From: Octopus sinensis
Taxonomy: Eukaryota
Direction: 5' to 3'
NCBI RefSeq assembly: GCF_006345805.1
Contig: NC_043013.1
Location: 3,286,001-3,350,000, forward strand
DNA: 64,000 nucleotides
The position numbers were made by a program, and so were the translations under genes. Shown here in pieces: positions 52,921 through 64,000 of the stretch; the stretch's first letter is position 1; each line of letters opens with the position of its first letter. The notes below the pieces were generated by a model. It searched no databases, was not told where the DNA came from, and saw only the letters and a list, made by a program, of their open reading frames with translations.

Positions 52921-54659
52921 ATGTCGATTGGACAGATCTGGTGTTTAAAGATAACTGGAAAACGCAGCGGAAATGTTTCAAAGACAGAAGGACTCCAAAG
53001 AGAAACATTTCATTCATTTGGCAAGACTACACGTGACCAACGAATTATTAGGAGTAGAGGGAATGCAGAAATGCTGATTGTGAACGCCACTAATATATCT
53101 CAAGGAATACTCAAGGAGGGCGTTCTGCACAAATGAACACAGAATAAATGTATAAATATTCTAATCAGCATAATAGGACTTTGATGATTGTGAGCATGTA
53201 TGTGCATATTTGTTATATAACGCGAATGGGCCCCAACTATGCGAACCTGTTCGTTGGCTATGTTGAGGCCCAAATATTCTCTAAATTCACTGGTCCCACT
53301 CCTGAACTATATGGTCGTTACATTGACGACATTATCGGTGCCACCTCACTCTCCCGCGAACATCTAGATTCCTTCCTCTCTTTCGTCCAATCTTTCCATC
53401 CAACCCTCCACTTCACTTCCACTATCTCCAACACCTGTCTCCTTCCTCGACATTTCGGTTAGCATTCTTCACTCCACTCTTACCACCTCCATTCACTACA
53501 AACACACAGACTCACACTCATACCTCAACTTCTCTTCCTCCCACCCAGAACACACCAAGCTTTCCATCCCCTATTCCCATTCCTCCTCTACGTAGGCTCT
53601 GTAGTGACGACCATGACTTTGAGACTCAGTCTCAACGTATGGCTCACCACTTCCCCTACGTGGATACCCCCTCACCACTATCCACACCGCCTTGCCAGAG
53701 CACGGTCCGTGGACCGTGTATCTGCTCTCTCTCCCCGAACCCGCCTGTAGTCTCTCCGCCTCCATTTTCCCCCACTTACCACCCCACGACCCTACGTCTC
53801 CAACGCACCATTCTTCGAGCTTTCCGTCATCTCCAGTCCGACCCGTCCACTTCACACCTCTTCCCTAACCGACCCCTCCCCTCTTTCAAACGAGCCCACA
53901 ACCTTCGAGACCTTTTGGTCCATAGCTCCTTCCCTGACCCTACCTCCCAACCCGGCTCGTTCCCCTGCTCCCCCACGTTGCCGCACTTGCCCTTACCTCT
54001 CCAACACCACCCGCCTCACTAGCACCCACCATCGACCTATCCCATCATCCACTCCTTCACCTGCACCTCCAGCAATATTATCTATTGCATCTCTTGCTCT
54101 CTCTGCAATTCCTTGTACATCGGACAAACGGGCCCGCCGCTTGGCTGACCGGTTCGCGGAACCCTTCGTGACATCCACCTTGCGAACGACACACCGGTCT
54201 CACGCCATTCCGCTCCACCGGTCACTCCTTGCAACACCTATCTGTGTTCGGTTTGTCCTTACACAGAGGCCATCCGGATTCCCGTTTGCGCCGTGAACAG
54301 GAATTAATCTTCTCTCTTCGCTCTTATACGCCATTTGGTCTCAAGTCTCCCCTCCTCATCTACGCCCCCTCTCCCCCTCCTCACCTATCCTTTCCCCCCG
54401 ACCCCTACTTCTTCAGTCCTTCATCCTTTCACCCCCTACTCCCCTTCCTTCTTCCCTCCTTCTCCCTCCCTCTTCCCCCTTCCCTCTGCTCCCTCACTCC
54501 CTCTCTCCCCCTCTCCCTCTTTCCTCCTTCATCCCCCTCCTCCCCCTCCTATCCTCTTCCCCCCTCTCCTCCCCCTCCCCTTCTCTCCCCCTCTTCTCCC
54601 TCCCCTCCTCCTCTTCTCCTCACTACACCACATGACTTTACATACATCACTCACATATG

Positions 54660-54985
54660 ATGTGCCATACTAATACACACACCAACTAATACATACTAAT
54701 ACGTACTAATACATACTAGTACATACTAATACATACACCAACCCTATACATACACACGTCCAGACCCGCATACGCACTATACCTCTCATACACACACACA
54801 CACACACTTATACATACCAATACGTACTAATACATACTAATACATACTAATACATACACCACCCCATACATACGCACGTCCAGACCAATCCTACGCACTA
54901 ATACTCTCATACACACACACACACACACACACCCTTATACATACTAATACATACACCACCCTATACATACACCATCCAGACCCCT
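54660..54985 (+). repeat. Tandem duplication (about 125-bp unit) in the PLE 3' UTR
   Basis: acatactaatacatacacc..ccctatacatac..cgtccagacc..tacgcacta repeated about 2.5 times. Confidence 0.8.
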
Positions 54986-55165
54986 CCTACGCACTATTAG
55001 CTGGTCCCTCAACCCTTTTATCAACCCTATTATCTCCCTTATTTCGCTCTCGCGTCTCATGTTTGATCTTTGACCTCTGGCCGAAATCAGATCGCCATGT
55101 GATTCGTTAGCTACTGCACGCATTTTTTTTCTCTCCTTCTTTCTGTGTTTTTCTCTCTCTGTGTA

Positions 55166-55203
55166 TCTTTCTGTTGAAGAGCGTAGGCTCGAAACGTTAA
55201 AGA
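55166..55203 (+). ncRNA. Hammerhead-like motif, CUGUUGA variant
   Basis: TCTTT/AAAGA, CTGTTGA+A, GAGC-gtag-GCTC, GAAA, ACGT, GUU triplet; core identical to 40473. Confidence 0.6.
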
Positions 55204-55308
55204 CTTGTTTTATTTATATTTCCTGAGCGCCATACTAATACAATTGTTCGTTTGTTTTCCACCTGCCTTCGTCTTTTGTTTATTTTCATAAAGCTTTCCG
55301 TTAATATA

Positions 55309-55386
<78 letters not shown>

Positions 55387-55555
55387 TATACATACTATAC
55401 TGTATTTCCAGTGTAGATATAAGTATATACATAGGATATGAATATATATATATATATATATGTATGTATAAGGGTGAAAAGGAACACACGAGTTGATATA
55501 TATGAAAAAACAAGTCAAAATAGAAAATGCTAAAATAATTTTATAGTGAACATTT

Positions 55556-55593
55556 CAGTACTGGTTTCGGTCATTTTGAGACCTTTTCAACTG
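55556..55593 (-). ncRNA. Hammerhead ribozyme, U3-A8 variant (left arm)
   Basis: CAG/CTG, TTGAAAA, GGTC/GACC, GAAA, ACCAGT (one mismatch in the palindrome), GUA triplet. Confidence 0.6.
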
Positions 55594-55869
55594 TAACGAT
55601 TAATAATTAAATTTAAAAATTAGAAGAAAAGTTTTTTAAAACAATATTTCTATAGTAGTGTTCAGATTTAAGTGGCATTCTGCCTTTCTCTGACTCCCTT
55701 GTTTGCACTTGTGTGTCGGAGGTCGTTGTGACAACGACCTCCGACACACAAGTGCAAACAAGGGAGTCAGAGAAAGGCAGAATGCCACTTAAATCTGAAC
55801 ACTACTATAGAAATATTCTTTTAAAAAAACTTTTCTTCTAATTTTTCAAAATTTAATTATTTATCGTTA

Positions 55870-55907
55870 CAGTTGAAAAGGTCTCAAAATGACCGAAACC
55901 GGTACTG
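55870..55907 (+). ncRNA. Hammerhead ribozyme, U3-A8 variant (right arm)
   Basis: CAG/CTG, TTGAAAA, GGTC-tcaaaat-GACC, GAAA, palindromic ACCGGT, GUA triplet. Confidence 0.7.
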
Positions 55908-56002
55908 AAATGTTCACTATAAAATTATTTTAGCATTTTCTATTTTTGACTTGTTTTTCATATATATTATATATATATATTATATTATATATATATACAA
56001 TA

Positions 56003-56120
56003 ATTTTTCTTTATTGGCCACACAGGGCTGCACACAGATGGGACAAGTTACAAGGTAGAGCTTTTCTTTTGGGGATGAAAAAAACGAAAAAATTAAAAAT
56101 AAAATGAATAAAAATTTTTT
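56003..56120 (-). mobile_element. Tx1-family 3' end fragment
   Basis: ttattggccacacagggctgcacacagatgggacaagttacaaggtagagc matches 41430-41490. Confidence 0.85.
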
Positions 56121-56374
56121 TTTAAATGCAATGATATAGACAGTTATTGATAACACATTGTAATTTGAGGTTTCAAACTCAGCTTCTGCGCAACAGTCGT
56201 TAGACGACCAGCTTCACCTTTTCTTAAAATGCCCGAAACATGTCTGTCAAAGAATAATCGTTGCACATGGGCTGGCTATGTTTCTGGTGCCGAGTTTCTA
56301 TATAGGCTCAATGTTACGTATTATTATTTCATGGACAAACGCCCATATAGTAGAGAGAGAGAGAGAGAGAGAGT

Positions 56375-56451
<77 letters not shown>

Positions 56452-56475
56452 GGATAGAGAGATAGAGAGATAGAG

Positions 56476-56536
<61 letters not shown>

Positions 56537-58134
56537 CACACACACACAAGCACATTTATTTACACACACACACACACACTCACACACGTCACGTATAAAG
56601 GCATTTCTATCCTTGTGTATATACTTATGCATTGCAGGAATCATTGCAAGTGCAGCAAGCAAAGCAGGTTGCACCTTAAGGCTACAACTGCAATGCACTC
56701 ATAGTGTCATCGTGTGAACAATGTAGCAGCTGCAGCAAAAGATGCATCATGTGTGTTCCAATAAATCTTTTATTGATTATCGAATCAATAAACCCCATCA
56801 TCACGAACTGCAGCATTGGTGCTTCGATCAGCGTCGCCGTCATCATCATCACCATCATCATCAGAAAGTGCAACAGTATTGTTACTCCCCTCACTCTCAA
56901 AGCCATCAGTAGCAATTGCATACCCCCACTACTATTACATCATTTACCCCCGCTTTTTCAGCTGTCACGTTATCACCACCCCCACCATCACGTACTCTAC
57001 AGCTCCACGACCACCACTGCTGATATTACCATTCCTTCCAATCGCAAATGATCATCGTATGTAATTAAAAAGCCCAATGCACTACATATGCAATAAGGTG
57101 GAATGGCCACGGCTTAAACTGTTATGGCTGATTTAGAGGCGCTGACATGGGGTTAAACAACAATAGTTACTGTAGCAGTAATCAACAATTGTATCAGAAC
57201 TACCACCTGAACTACAATTAAAAGTATTTCATATTGTAACAAGGACCGAAACACCATCGCAAAAATACTACCACCTCTAGTACGGACAATTGTGATTTTA
57301 CGACTGCAGCCCATGCTATCAATTTTTTCACCATTACCTTCAGTAACAAGAATACTTCGCCAACTTAAAAATGAGAAGCAAGGAAAACATTGGTTAATGT
57401 AGTTCTAGAGATACAACGTCTGAAAATACGACAGGGTTGTCATGGCTATAACGCCTTTCATCATTAGTCTGTTTGATCAGGTCTGGTTGGGTCTATACAA
57501 CATTTCTGCTTGTAGCATTATTTAGACTAACATCTCTATCAGCACTACACTATCACCACCACAACCTCCACCACCACAATCACCACCACCACCACCACCA
57601 CCACTACTACTACACTTTCAGCCTATACCATCATTATACTTTCCATCCAATCTGCGGCATTAAGATGAAAGCAATTAGATAATTATTGCCGAAATTACTA
57701 TGTAAACAGCGATCCCTTATTTTTTCTTGAACTCCTTTCACATCAATGACGTCATTATCACTGACGTCACTACCAACAGCAACTAGGGGCAACGTACTAC
57801 TGACGTCACCAACATCTCTAGGCAAGCCATCTTTGATGTCACTATCACCAGTGACTCGGGGCGACATTACCATTCTTTTTATCTGCACCACCACCACCAC
57901 CACCTGCATCAAGAACAACAACAACAACTAGTCGATGATGAAGACTCCATAATCTCTCGAACTGCTGGAAATGGCAGTCATATTCCAGTCGAATTATACA
58001 ATACCGTCTTTGAGAGAGGACATGTTGGATAAGGCAGTCATAAATATGCAATGGCTGAGAAAAAGAAAGGAAACGATTATGGATAAAACACCTTTGGTCA
58101 TATATCGATTCCCTCTGGGTTGATTTGGGGCTTC

Positions 58135-58152
58135 ACAACAGCAACAACAACA

Positions 58153-58236
<84 letters not shown>

Positions 58237-58447
58237 ACTACTACTACTGCTACTATTAACGCTGCTGCTACTGCTGGTGGTGGTGATGGTGATTGTGGTG
58301 CTACTACTACTACTACTACTGTTATTATTATTATTATTATTACTACTACTTCTACTACTTCTATTACTACTACTACAACTACTACGACTATTATTATTAT
58401 TATTACTACTACACTACTATTACTACTACTACAACTACTACTACTAT

Positions 58448-58483
<36 letters not shown>

Positions 58484-58507
58484 AACTACTACTACTATTA
58501 TTATTAT

Positions 58508-58548
<41 letters not shown>

Positions 58549-58560
58549 ATACTACAAGAA
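58135..58560. repeat. Compound trinucleotide array (ACA/CTA/CTG/TTA)n
   Basis: Direct reading. Confidence 0.95.
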
Positions 58561-58949
58561 CAATGCCATTAACTTTTATTGATTAAATTCAGCGTGAAAT
58601 TTGAGTGTGAAGGAAGGAGATGATTGAATGAAGAAGACATCGATGATCGCTTCTTGTTTTGGCAGGTTCCAAGAGGGAGGAGGGGACTGAATGACAAGAT
58701 CGCTCAAGCAAAAGAATTTCGATTCAGCGCTACAGGAACCTCTTCGCACTAACCAGACACACAGGAGGGTTTATGTAAAGGAAGTAGGAGTAGAGGTAAA
58801 TTCATTAACCGCAATATATTACTGGTACTAGTATCAGCTCTGAATAAATGAAAATTAAAGTTCACCATGGTGTGTTATACCTAGCTGGAGCACTGAGTAG
58901 CGAACTGGTAAGGTTTCTAGTTTCTGTTGAAATTTCTTCTCGTGTTCGT

Positions 58950-59118
58950 CACCATCATCCTCATCATCATCATCACCACCACCACCAACTACCATCATCA
59001 TCATCATCATCGCCACCACCACCAACTACCATCATCATCATCATCATCATCATCCTCATCATCATCATCATCACCACCACCACCAACTACCATCATCATC
59101 GCCACCACCACCACCATT

Positions 59119-59149
<31 letters not shown>

Positions 59150-59355
59150 CCATCATCACCACCACCACCAACTACCATCATCATCACCACCATCATCATC
59201 ATCGCCACCACCACCACCATTATCATCATCATCATCATCATCATCATCACCACCATCTTCATCATCGCCACCACCACCACCATTATCATCATCATCACCA
59301 CCATTATCATCATCATCACCACCACCACCACCACCAACTACCATCATCATCATCT
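58950..59355. repeat. Compound (CAT/CAC)n array with a recurring accaccaactaccatc unit
   Basis: Direct reading. Confidence 0.92.
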
Positions 59356-59539
59356 ACACGTTAACCGACCTTCTCCACGCCACATGAAGACGCAGACAGC
59401 TAGTTCGGATGAGCAGAGATCATTGTGGTAACAGAAGAAGCAGTGACATAAATAGAGTGACAGAGAGAGAGAGAGAGAGAGGCAGTGACAGAGAGAGAGA
59501 GAAGCAGTGACAGAGAGAGAGAGAGAGAGAGGCAGTGAC

Positions 59540-59570
<31 letters not shown>

Positions 59571-59654
59571 CGTGTTTGTGGTGCAATGGTCGTAACGCGC
59601 TGGTGAGGTAATCTTTCCTTTGGATGCTGTCTCGGCCGTTTATACAGATATATA

Positions 59655-59950
59655 AGTTTCTTTATTGGCCACACAGGGCTGCACACAGATGGGACAAGTT
59701 ACAAGGTAGAGCTTTTCTTTTGGGGGATGAAAAAAACAAAAAACAAAAGAAACAAAAAAAGGGGGGGCGTAGGTTTTCGATCAAGAGGGATCGTAAAAGG
59801 GAAGAAAAGAACAAAAAAAATTAAAAAATAAAAAATAAAAAATAAAATAAGAAAAAAAGAAAAGGAAAAGGAACAAAAGAAAAAAGAAATGAAAAAAGAA
59901 GAAAAAAGGGGAAAAAAAGGGGAATGGGAAAAAAAACGATCACAAATATA
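59655..59950 (-). mobile_element. Tx1-family 3' UTR fragment
   Basis: Same terminal sequence as 41430, plus tcgatcaagagggatcgtaaaagg. Confidence 0.85.
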
Positions 59951-60028
59951 TCTGAGCAACATCGCAATGAAGCTTTGCTTAGGTTGTCTGAAAGGAGATT
60001 TTTCTAGAATAATCAAAAACCATTTATA

Positions 60029-60091
<63 letters not shown>

Positions 60092-60118
60092 ATATATACG
60101 TGTGTGTGTGTGTGTGTA

Positions 60119-60157
<39 letters not shown>

Positions 60158-60455
60158 GTGGAGGCGCAATGGCCTAGTGGTTTAGGCTGCGGACTTGCGG
60201 TTGTAGGATCGCGGTTTAGATTCTCAGACCGGGCGTTGTGAGTGTTTATTGAGCAAAAATACCTAAAGCCCCACAAGGCTCCGGTAGGGGGGGGCGATCC
60301 CTGCTGTACTCTTTCGCCACAACTTTCTCTCACTCTTTCTTCTGTTGGCCTGCTCGCTTAGCCAGCGCGTTGGCATCATTTGAAGGCTAAAACAATGCGA
60401 AGCGTATTGTGACCAGTGATGTGTAACAACATCTGATGGTCTGGTCGGTCACGTG
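60158..60455 (+). mobile_element. tRNA-derived SINE (OR-like head, tail type 3)
   Basis: Head matches 4620-5011; diverges after caactttctctcactctt. Confidence 0.88.
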
Positions 60456-60459
60456 ATCA

Positions 60460-60640
60460 CGTGATATGTGTATATATACAACGGGCTTCCTTCAGTTTCC
60501 GTCGACTAAACCACTCACAAGGCTTTGGTCGGCTCGATATTGTCGAAGGCACTTGCCCAAGGTACCACGCAGTGGGACTGAATCCGGAATCATGTGGTTG
60601 GGAAGCAAGCCTCTTACCACAGAGCCATGCCTGCGCCCAT
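60460..60640 (-). mobile_element. SINE family A, 5' half
   Basis: cttcagtttccgtcgac..acttgcccaaggtaccacgcagtgggactgaatcc. Confidence 0.85.
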
Positions 60641-60689
60641 GTATGCATGGGTTTTTGCTACATTATCATTTTTGTTGTTGTCGTTGCTG

Positions 60690-61020
60690 TGAAGGCGCGT
60701 GGCTTAGTGGTTAGGATACTCAGCTCGCGATCATAAGGTCAGAAGGACGATTCCTAGCAGCGCGTTGTGTCCTTCGATTAAACACGTTGTTCCAGTCAAC
60801 TCGGCTAACAACTGAACGTTAATTTCACGAGCTGGCTCTTCCGTTGATGACCATGAAAGGATTTTTTGCACGTTTTGGAGTACATAAACTCAAAAGAACA
60901 AGAGCACAGAAGCCGATGGATTCGGATGGTACTGGCGTACTGTGGCAACAAAACAGTTCGATCTGTAACGGAACACTCGTCGTCGTAACCGACGGAGTAT
61001 CAGTTAGTTATGTTGTTGTT
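60690..61020 (+). mobile_element. Chimeric SINE (family D head, tail type 1) with an internal insert of about 118 bp
   Basis: Head gaaggcgcgtggcttagtggttagg; tail cgttaatttcacgagc..ctcgtcgtcgtaaccgacggag as in 4620; insert at 60853-60970. Confidence 0.75.
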
Positions 61021-61243
61021 GTTGTTGTTGTTATTAGAGGTTTTTTGTATCCAATACTTCCGACTTTCTGTGTAATGTTTTGTGATGATTCAAAGAGATA
61101 TATATATATATAAAAGTACAAAGTGAGATAGGGGTTATGAGTGTAACCCACTATGGGATATCAGTTATCCAATATACTGCCAGTGAAGTACCCAAAAGGC
61201 TACATATGACTAATATAGGCACAATGAGATACCTTTATCTACA

Positions 61244-61264
61244 GGCTGAAACAGCTGTAAGATC
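61244..61264 (+). ncRNA. Decayed HHR 3' half
   Basis: GGCT-GAAA, palindromic ACAGCTGT, GUA triplet, then AGAT pairing with upstream ATCT; no CUGANGA. Confidence 0.35.
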
Positions 61265-61437
61265 TATTTTATATGTATTATTTTTATGGTATTATCTTAC
61301 TTATTGATGTTTATTGTTTTATTCTGTTTTATTCTGTTGGATTTGAATGTTCCTATTTAAGTAGTTAATAAATAATATGAATTGGTATTATCTGTAAGTT
61401 GATGATTGAAAGGAATCTGTTCCTCCATTTTCTTATT

Positions 61438-61491
<54 letters not shown>

Positions 61492-62134
61492 GTGTGTGTG
61501 TGGTGTGTGTGTGTAGGCAGAGGTCAGGCTATGTGGATGTTTAGATGATCTTTTGGTGTTATGTGTTGTCCGATTGTGTTTGGGATTTGTGCTGAAATGC
61601 TCACAAGATTTTTTAAAACACAGAGGCGTCATGTATTCTTAAACTCGGCGTTCTAATTCGTATTCTTTCCTGTCGATAGTTTCCTCGTTCAACCTACATA
61701 CCAATTCTGATCACTGCATTCTTTTCTACTCTTATGATTGAAGATCTAACAAGGTTTGTACCCTTTTATAAGCAGGTAAGGAGTAGTTTCAGAAATACGT
61801 GCCTGTTAATTCTAGCAGGTCGAACAATTGTGAAGAGGTTCCGTCACTGACTATAATTATTGTTTCTAGCTATAATTATTGTTATTGCTGTTGTTGCTAT
61901 CTAAACTAGACTTAAAACTATTGGTGAGAAAGCAAGTGTTGGCTATTAAGTGCTAACGATTGCCCGAAGCACTTAATGGTGTCAGCAGATGTCAGAGATT
62001 CGAAGTAAAGCAAAATTATGGGATGATGACGAGCAAATTATCACTTACGTCACTGGAAGCTGCAGTGACGTAGAAGTTATCAACATAACGGTATTAATTG
62101 ACCTGAGATGAGGGCTGTTGCGATACAACTAGCA

Positions 62135-62158
62135 CGATTATTATTATTATTATTATTA

Positions 62159-62207
<49 letters not shown>

Positions 62208-62230
62208 CATTATTATTATTAAATTTATTA

Positions 62231-62264
<34 letters not shown>

Positions 62265-62302
62265 ATTTATTATCATTATTATTATTATTATTAAATTTAT
62301 TA

Positions 62303-62342
<40 letters not shown>

Positions 62343-62430
62343 CATCATCATCATAATCATCATCATCACCATCATTATCATCATCATCACCGTCATAATC
62401 ATCATCATCATCATCATCGTTATTATTGTG
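62135..62430. repeat. (ATT)n/(ATC)n array with a recurring aaatttattatc unit
   Basis: Direct reading. Confidence 0.93.
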
Positions 62431-62434
62431 AGTT

Positions 62435-62625
62435 CAGGGTTAGCAGCATTGTTAGAGTGTCAGACAAAATGCCTTGCTGTATTCCTTCCAACGCTCTACT
62501 TTGTGAGTTCAAATCCTGTGATGACTAACTTTATTTTTATTCTTCTGAGATCGATAAAATAAAGCCCCAGTCAAGTTAACTGACTAATACCCTGCCCCCT
62601 AAAATTGCTGGCCTAGATGCCCAGG
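62435..62625 (+). mobile_element. SINE family B, decayed
   Basis: acaaaatgcctt..gagttcaaatcc..gatcgataaaataaag..cccctaaaattgctggcc. Confidence 0.7.
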
Positions 62626-63199
62626 GTAATGCAATGTTGCAAGATATTAACAACAGGGAGAACACCTTTGATGCCTTCAAACTATCACGAGTTAGATGGA
62701 AAGGTTTCTTGAGACGTCTTAAGGCATTCTTAAAAATATATTGTCCGTTAGTTTCAGTGAACAATTGGTGTGTTGAAGATATGTAGAGACTGTGAGAGTG
62801 TAGTCATAGGCTAGTAAGAGTAAAAACCTCACAAACCTGTTCAGGCTGTTCCAACTGTTTGACAGCTATGATCTGGATTTTCTTTATAAACCGTTGTAAA
62901 CACGGATAAACTACATGTTTCATTCAGGCATGTTGCCCTAATGTACGTTGTCTGCGACTTTGGGTGTTTGGTTTCACGGATCACAAATTCCCGAGATCTA
63001 CAGTCATGGAAACTGACCACATCTTCAACTAGAGTAGTCTTAGGAACTGGTTTAGCGAACTAAAGTAGGAAGTGAAGGCGGCCATCATCAACAACGAGGG
63101 GTGAGTTGTGCAAGAAAGAAAAATTTGAAAAAGAAAATATTTTGCAAAGTAGCAAAAGAAGAGTAGAGAAGCAAGTAAATTGATTCGAAGAGGCGCATA

Positions 63200-63620
63200 C
63201 AAGAGGAACTACAAATGATGATAATGAAAGGATACTTTTCACGTTCTGAGGTGCATACACCCCAAAACATGAGAGCACAAAGCCGATGGATCCGAGTGAT
63301 GCTGGCACACTGTAGCAGCAAAACAATTCCATCTGCGACGTACCAAACACAGGGCACAAGAAGATGCGTTTGCAAATCAAACAATTCATCAGCCATTCCT
63401 TCGTCAGTGTCATCAGTATATTTTAAACTTTTGATGCTCTCTCTCCGATACCAATTGTACCCATACGGTCTTGAAAGGCATCGTTTATGGCTCCTTCCCA
63501 GGAAGCTATTGAAGGGAATTTGCGAGAGACGAAATCCCTATCTAACTTCTATGGTGATATTGAACCACTCCAAGATGGTGTCTTTTTCCAAATTTTGACG
63601 TAAAGCTGTTGGCTGGTGAA
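63200..63620 (-). mobile_element. Decayed RTE-clade RT fragment
   Basis: EWFNITIEVR*GFRLSQIPFN..SLKYTDDTDE matches the RTE pattern EWF.TT.GVRQGC.LSP.LFN..NLRFADDID. Confidence 0.75.
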
Positions 63621-63771
63621 AATTAGCTTCTGTCCAAGCCGAATTTCTTCATTCTGGCAAATAAAGAAAGAATAATGCCAAATTCTACTAAATGCAAGGG
63701 TGGGTTTATTACTCGCGTGATTTCATACAATGAGGTCAAGAATGGAGGTGATCGTATTGCACTCATTCCTT

Positions 63772-63914
63772 CATTACGATCGTTTCGAAACTATTGAAAA
63801 TAATGATTATGTAATATTACAACATGGAGGACATGTAGTAAGCTGTAATATCTAATAATCATAATTTATTTTCATGATGTGTCTGAAATATGTATTGTTG
63901 AAACGATCGCAATG
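63772..63914. repeat. Imperfect foldback ending in inverted GAAACGATCG(T/C)AATG motifs
   Basis: 63772-63786 pairs with 63900-63914 (1 mismatch); inner aaaataatgattat / ataatcat..ttatttt. Confidence 0.7.
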
Positions 63915-64000
63915 CAGGATTAAATGTAATACCATCACTTCTATCCTTGAACTTACTACATATATGTGTGTGTGTATGTGTGTGTGTATGCGTGTGTTTA

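Larger units (their letters stand above)
53221..55305 (+). mobile_element. 5'-truncated Penelope-like retroelement (RT plus GIY-YIG), frameshifted
   Basis: MGPNYANLFVGYVE, YGRYIDD (about 53310-53330), HTDSHSYL, CTSSNIIYCISCSLCNSLYIGQTG (54062-54133) and RLRREQELI motifs; TC-rich UTR; pseudo-LTR ending in (TA)n. Confidence 0.93.
55497..55965. mobile_element. Head-to-head palindrome of a PLE-like module (about 232-bp arms, 1-nt centre)
   Basis: Centre G55730; inner about 85 bp perfect; (TA)n on both sides; one HHR fold per arm. Confidence 0.9.

Noticed and set aside
55060-55110. GGCC-GAAA-TCAGAT-C as a second HHR in the PLE tail
   Set aside because: No recognisable core or paired stem II upstream.
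58848-59387. His/Pro/Ser-rich 179-aa ORF
   Set aside because: It is fully explained by the (CAT/CAC)n array, and all frames are similarly open.

Overview
Repeat-dense, AT-rich eukaryotic DNA with no host protein-coding gene that I can support; it is probably intergenic or deep intronic. The tRNA-derived SINE families and very abundant (TA)n/(CA)n/(GATA)n/(TACA)n arrays resemble an octopus (coleoid cephalopod) genome, which is an inference from remembered repeat consensus sequences. Nearly all long ORFs in the track are translations of microsatellites or of the wrong strand of transposons. Real coding remnants are all decayed mobile elements: Penelope-like elements (PLE; RT plus GIY-YIG), CR1/L2-group, RTE, Tx1/L1 and R4/Dong-type LINEs, Tc1, mariner and hAT transposases, and probably a Helitron helicase. 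Non-autonomous elements include a Helitron, a Charlie-type MITE, several SINE families and long foldback palindromes. The main unexpected signal is a set of type I hammerhead-ribozyme (HHR) folds with palindromic stem III, read by eye. Three have the full canonical core (16182, 38834, 46842). Others carry compensatory changes at the C3-G8 core pair (G3-C8 at 1374 and 17900; U3-A8 at 55556 and 55870) or a shared CUGUUGA core at PLE 3' ends (40469, 55166). Most sit in short modules whose 3' side runs into (TA)n. Coordinates of decayed elements are approximate. No searches or folding programs were run.
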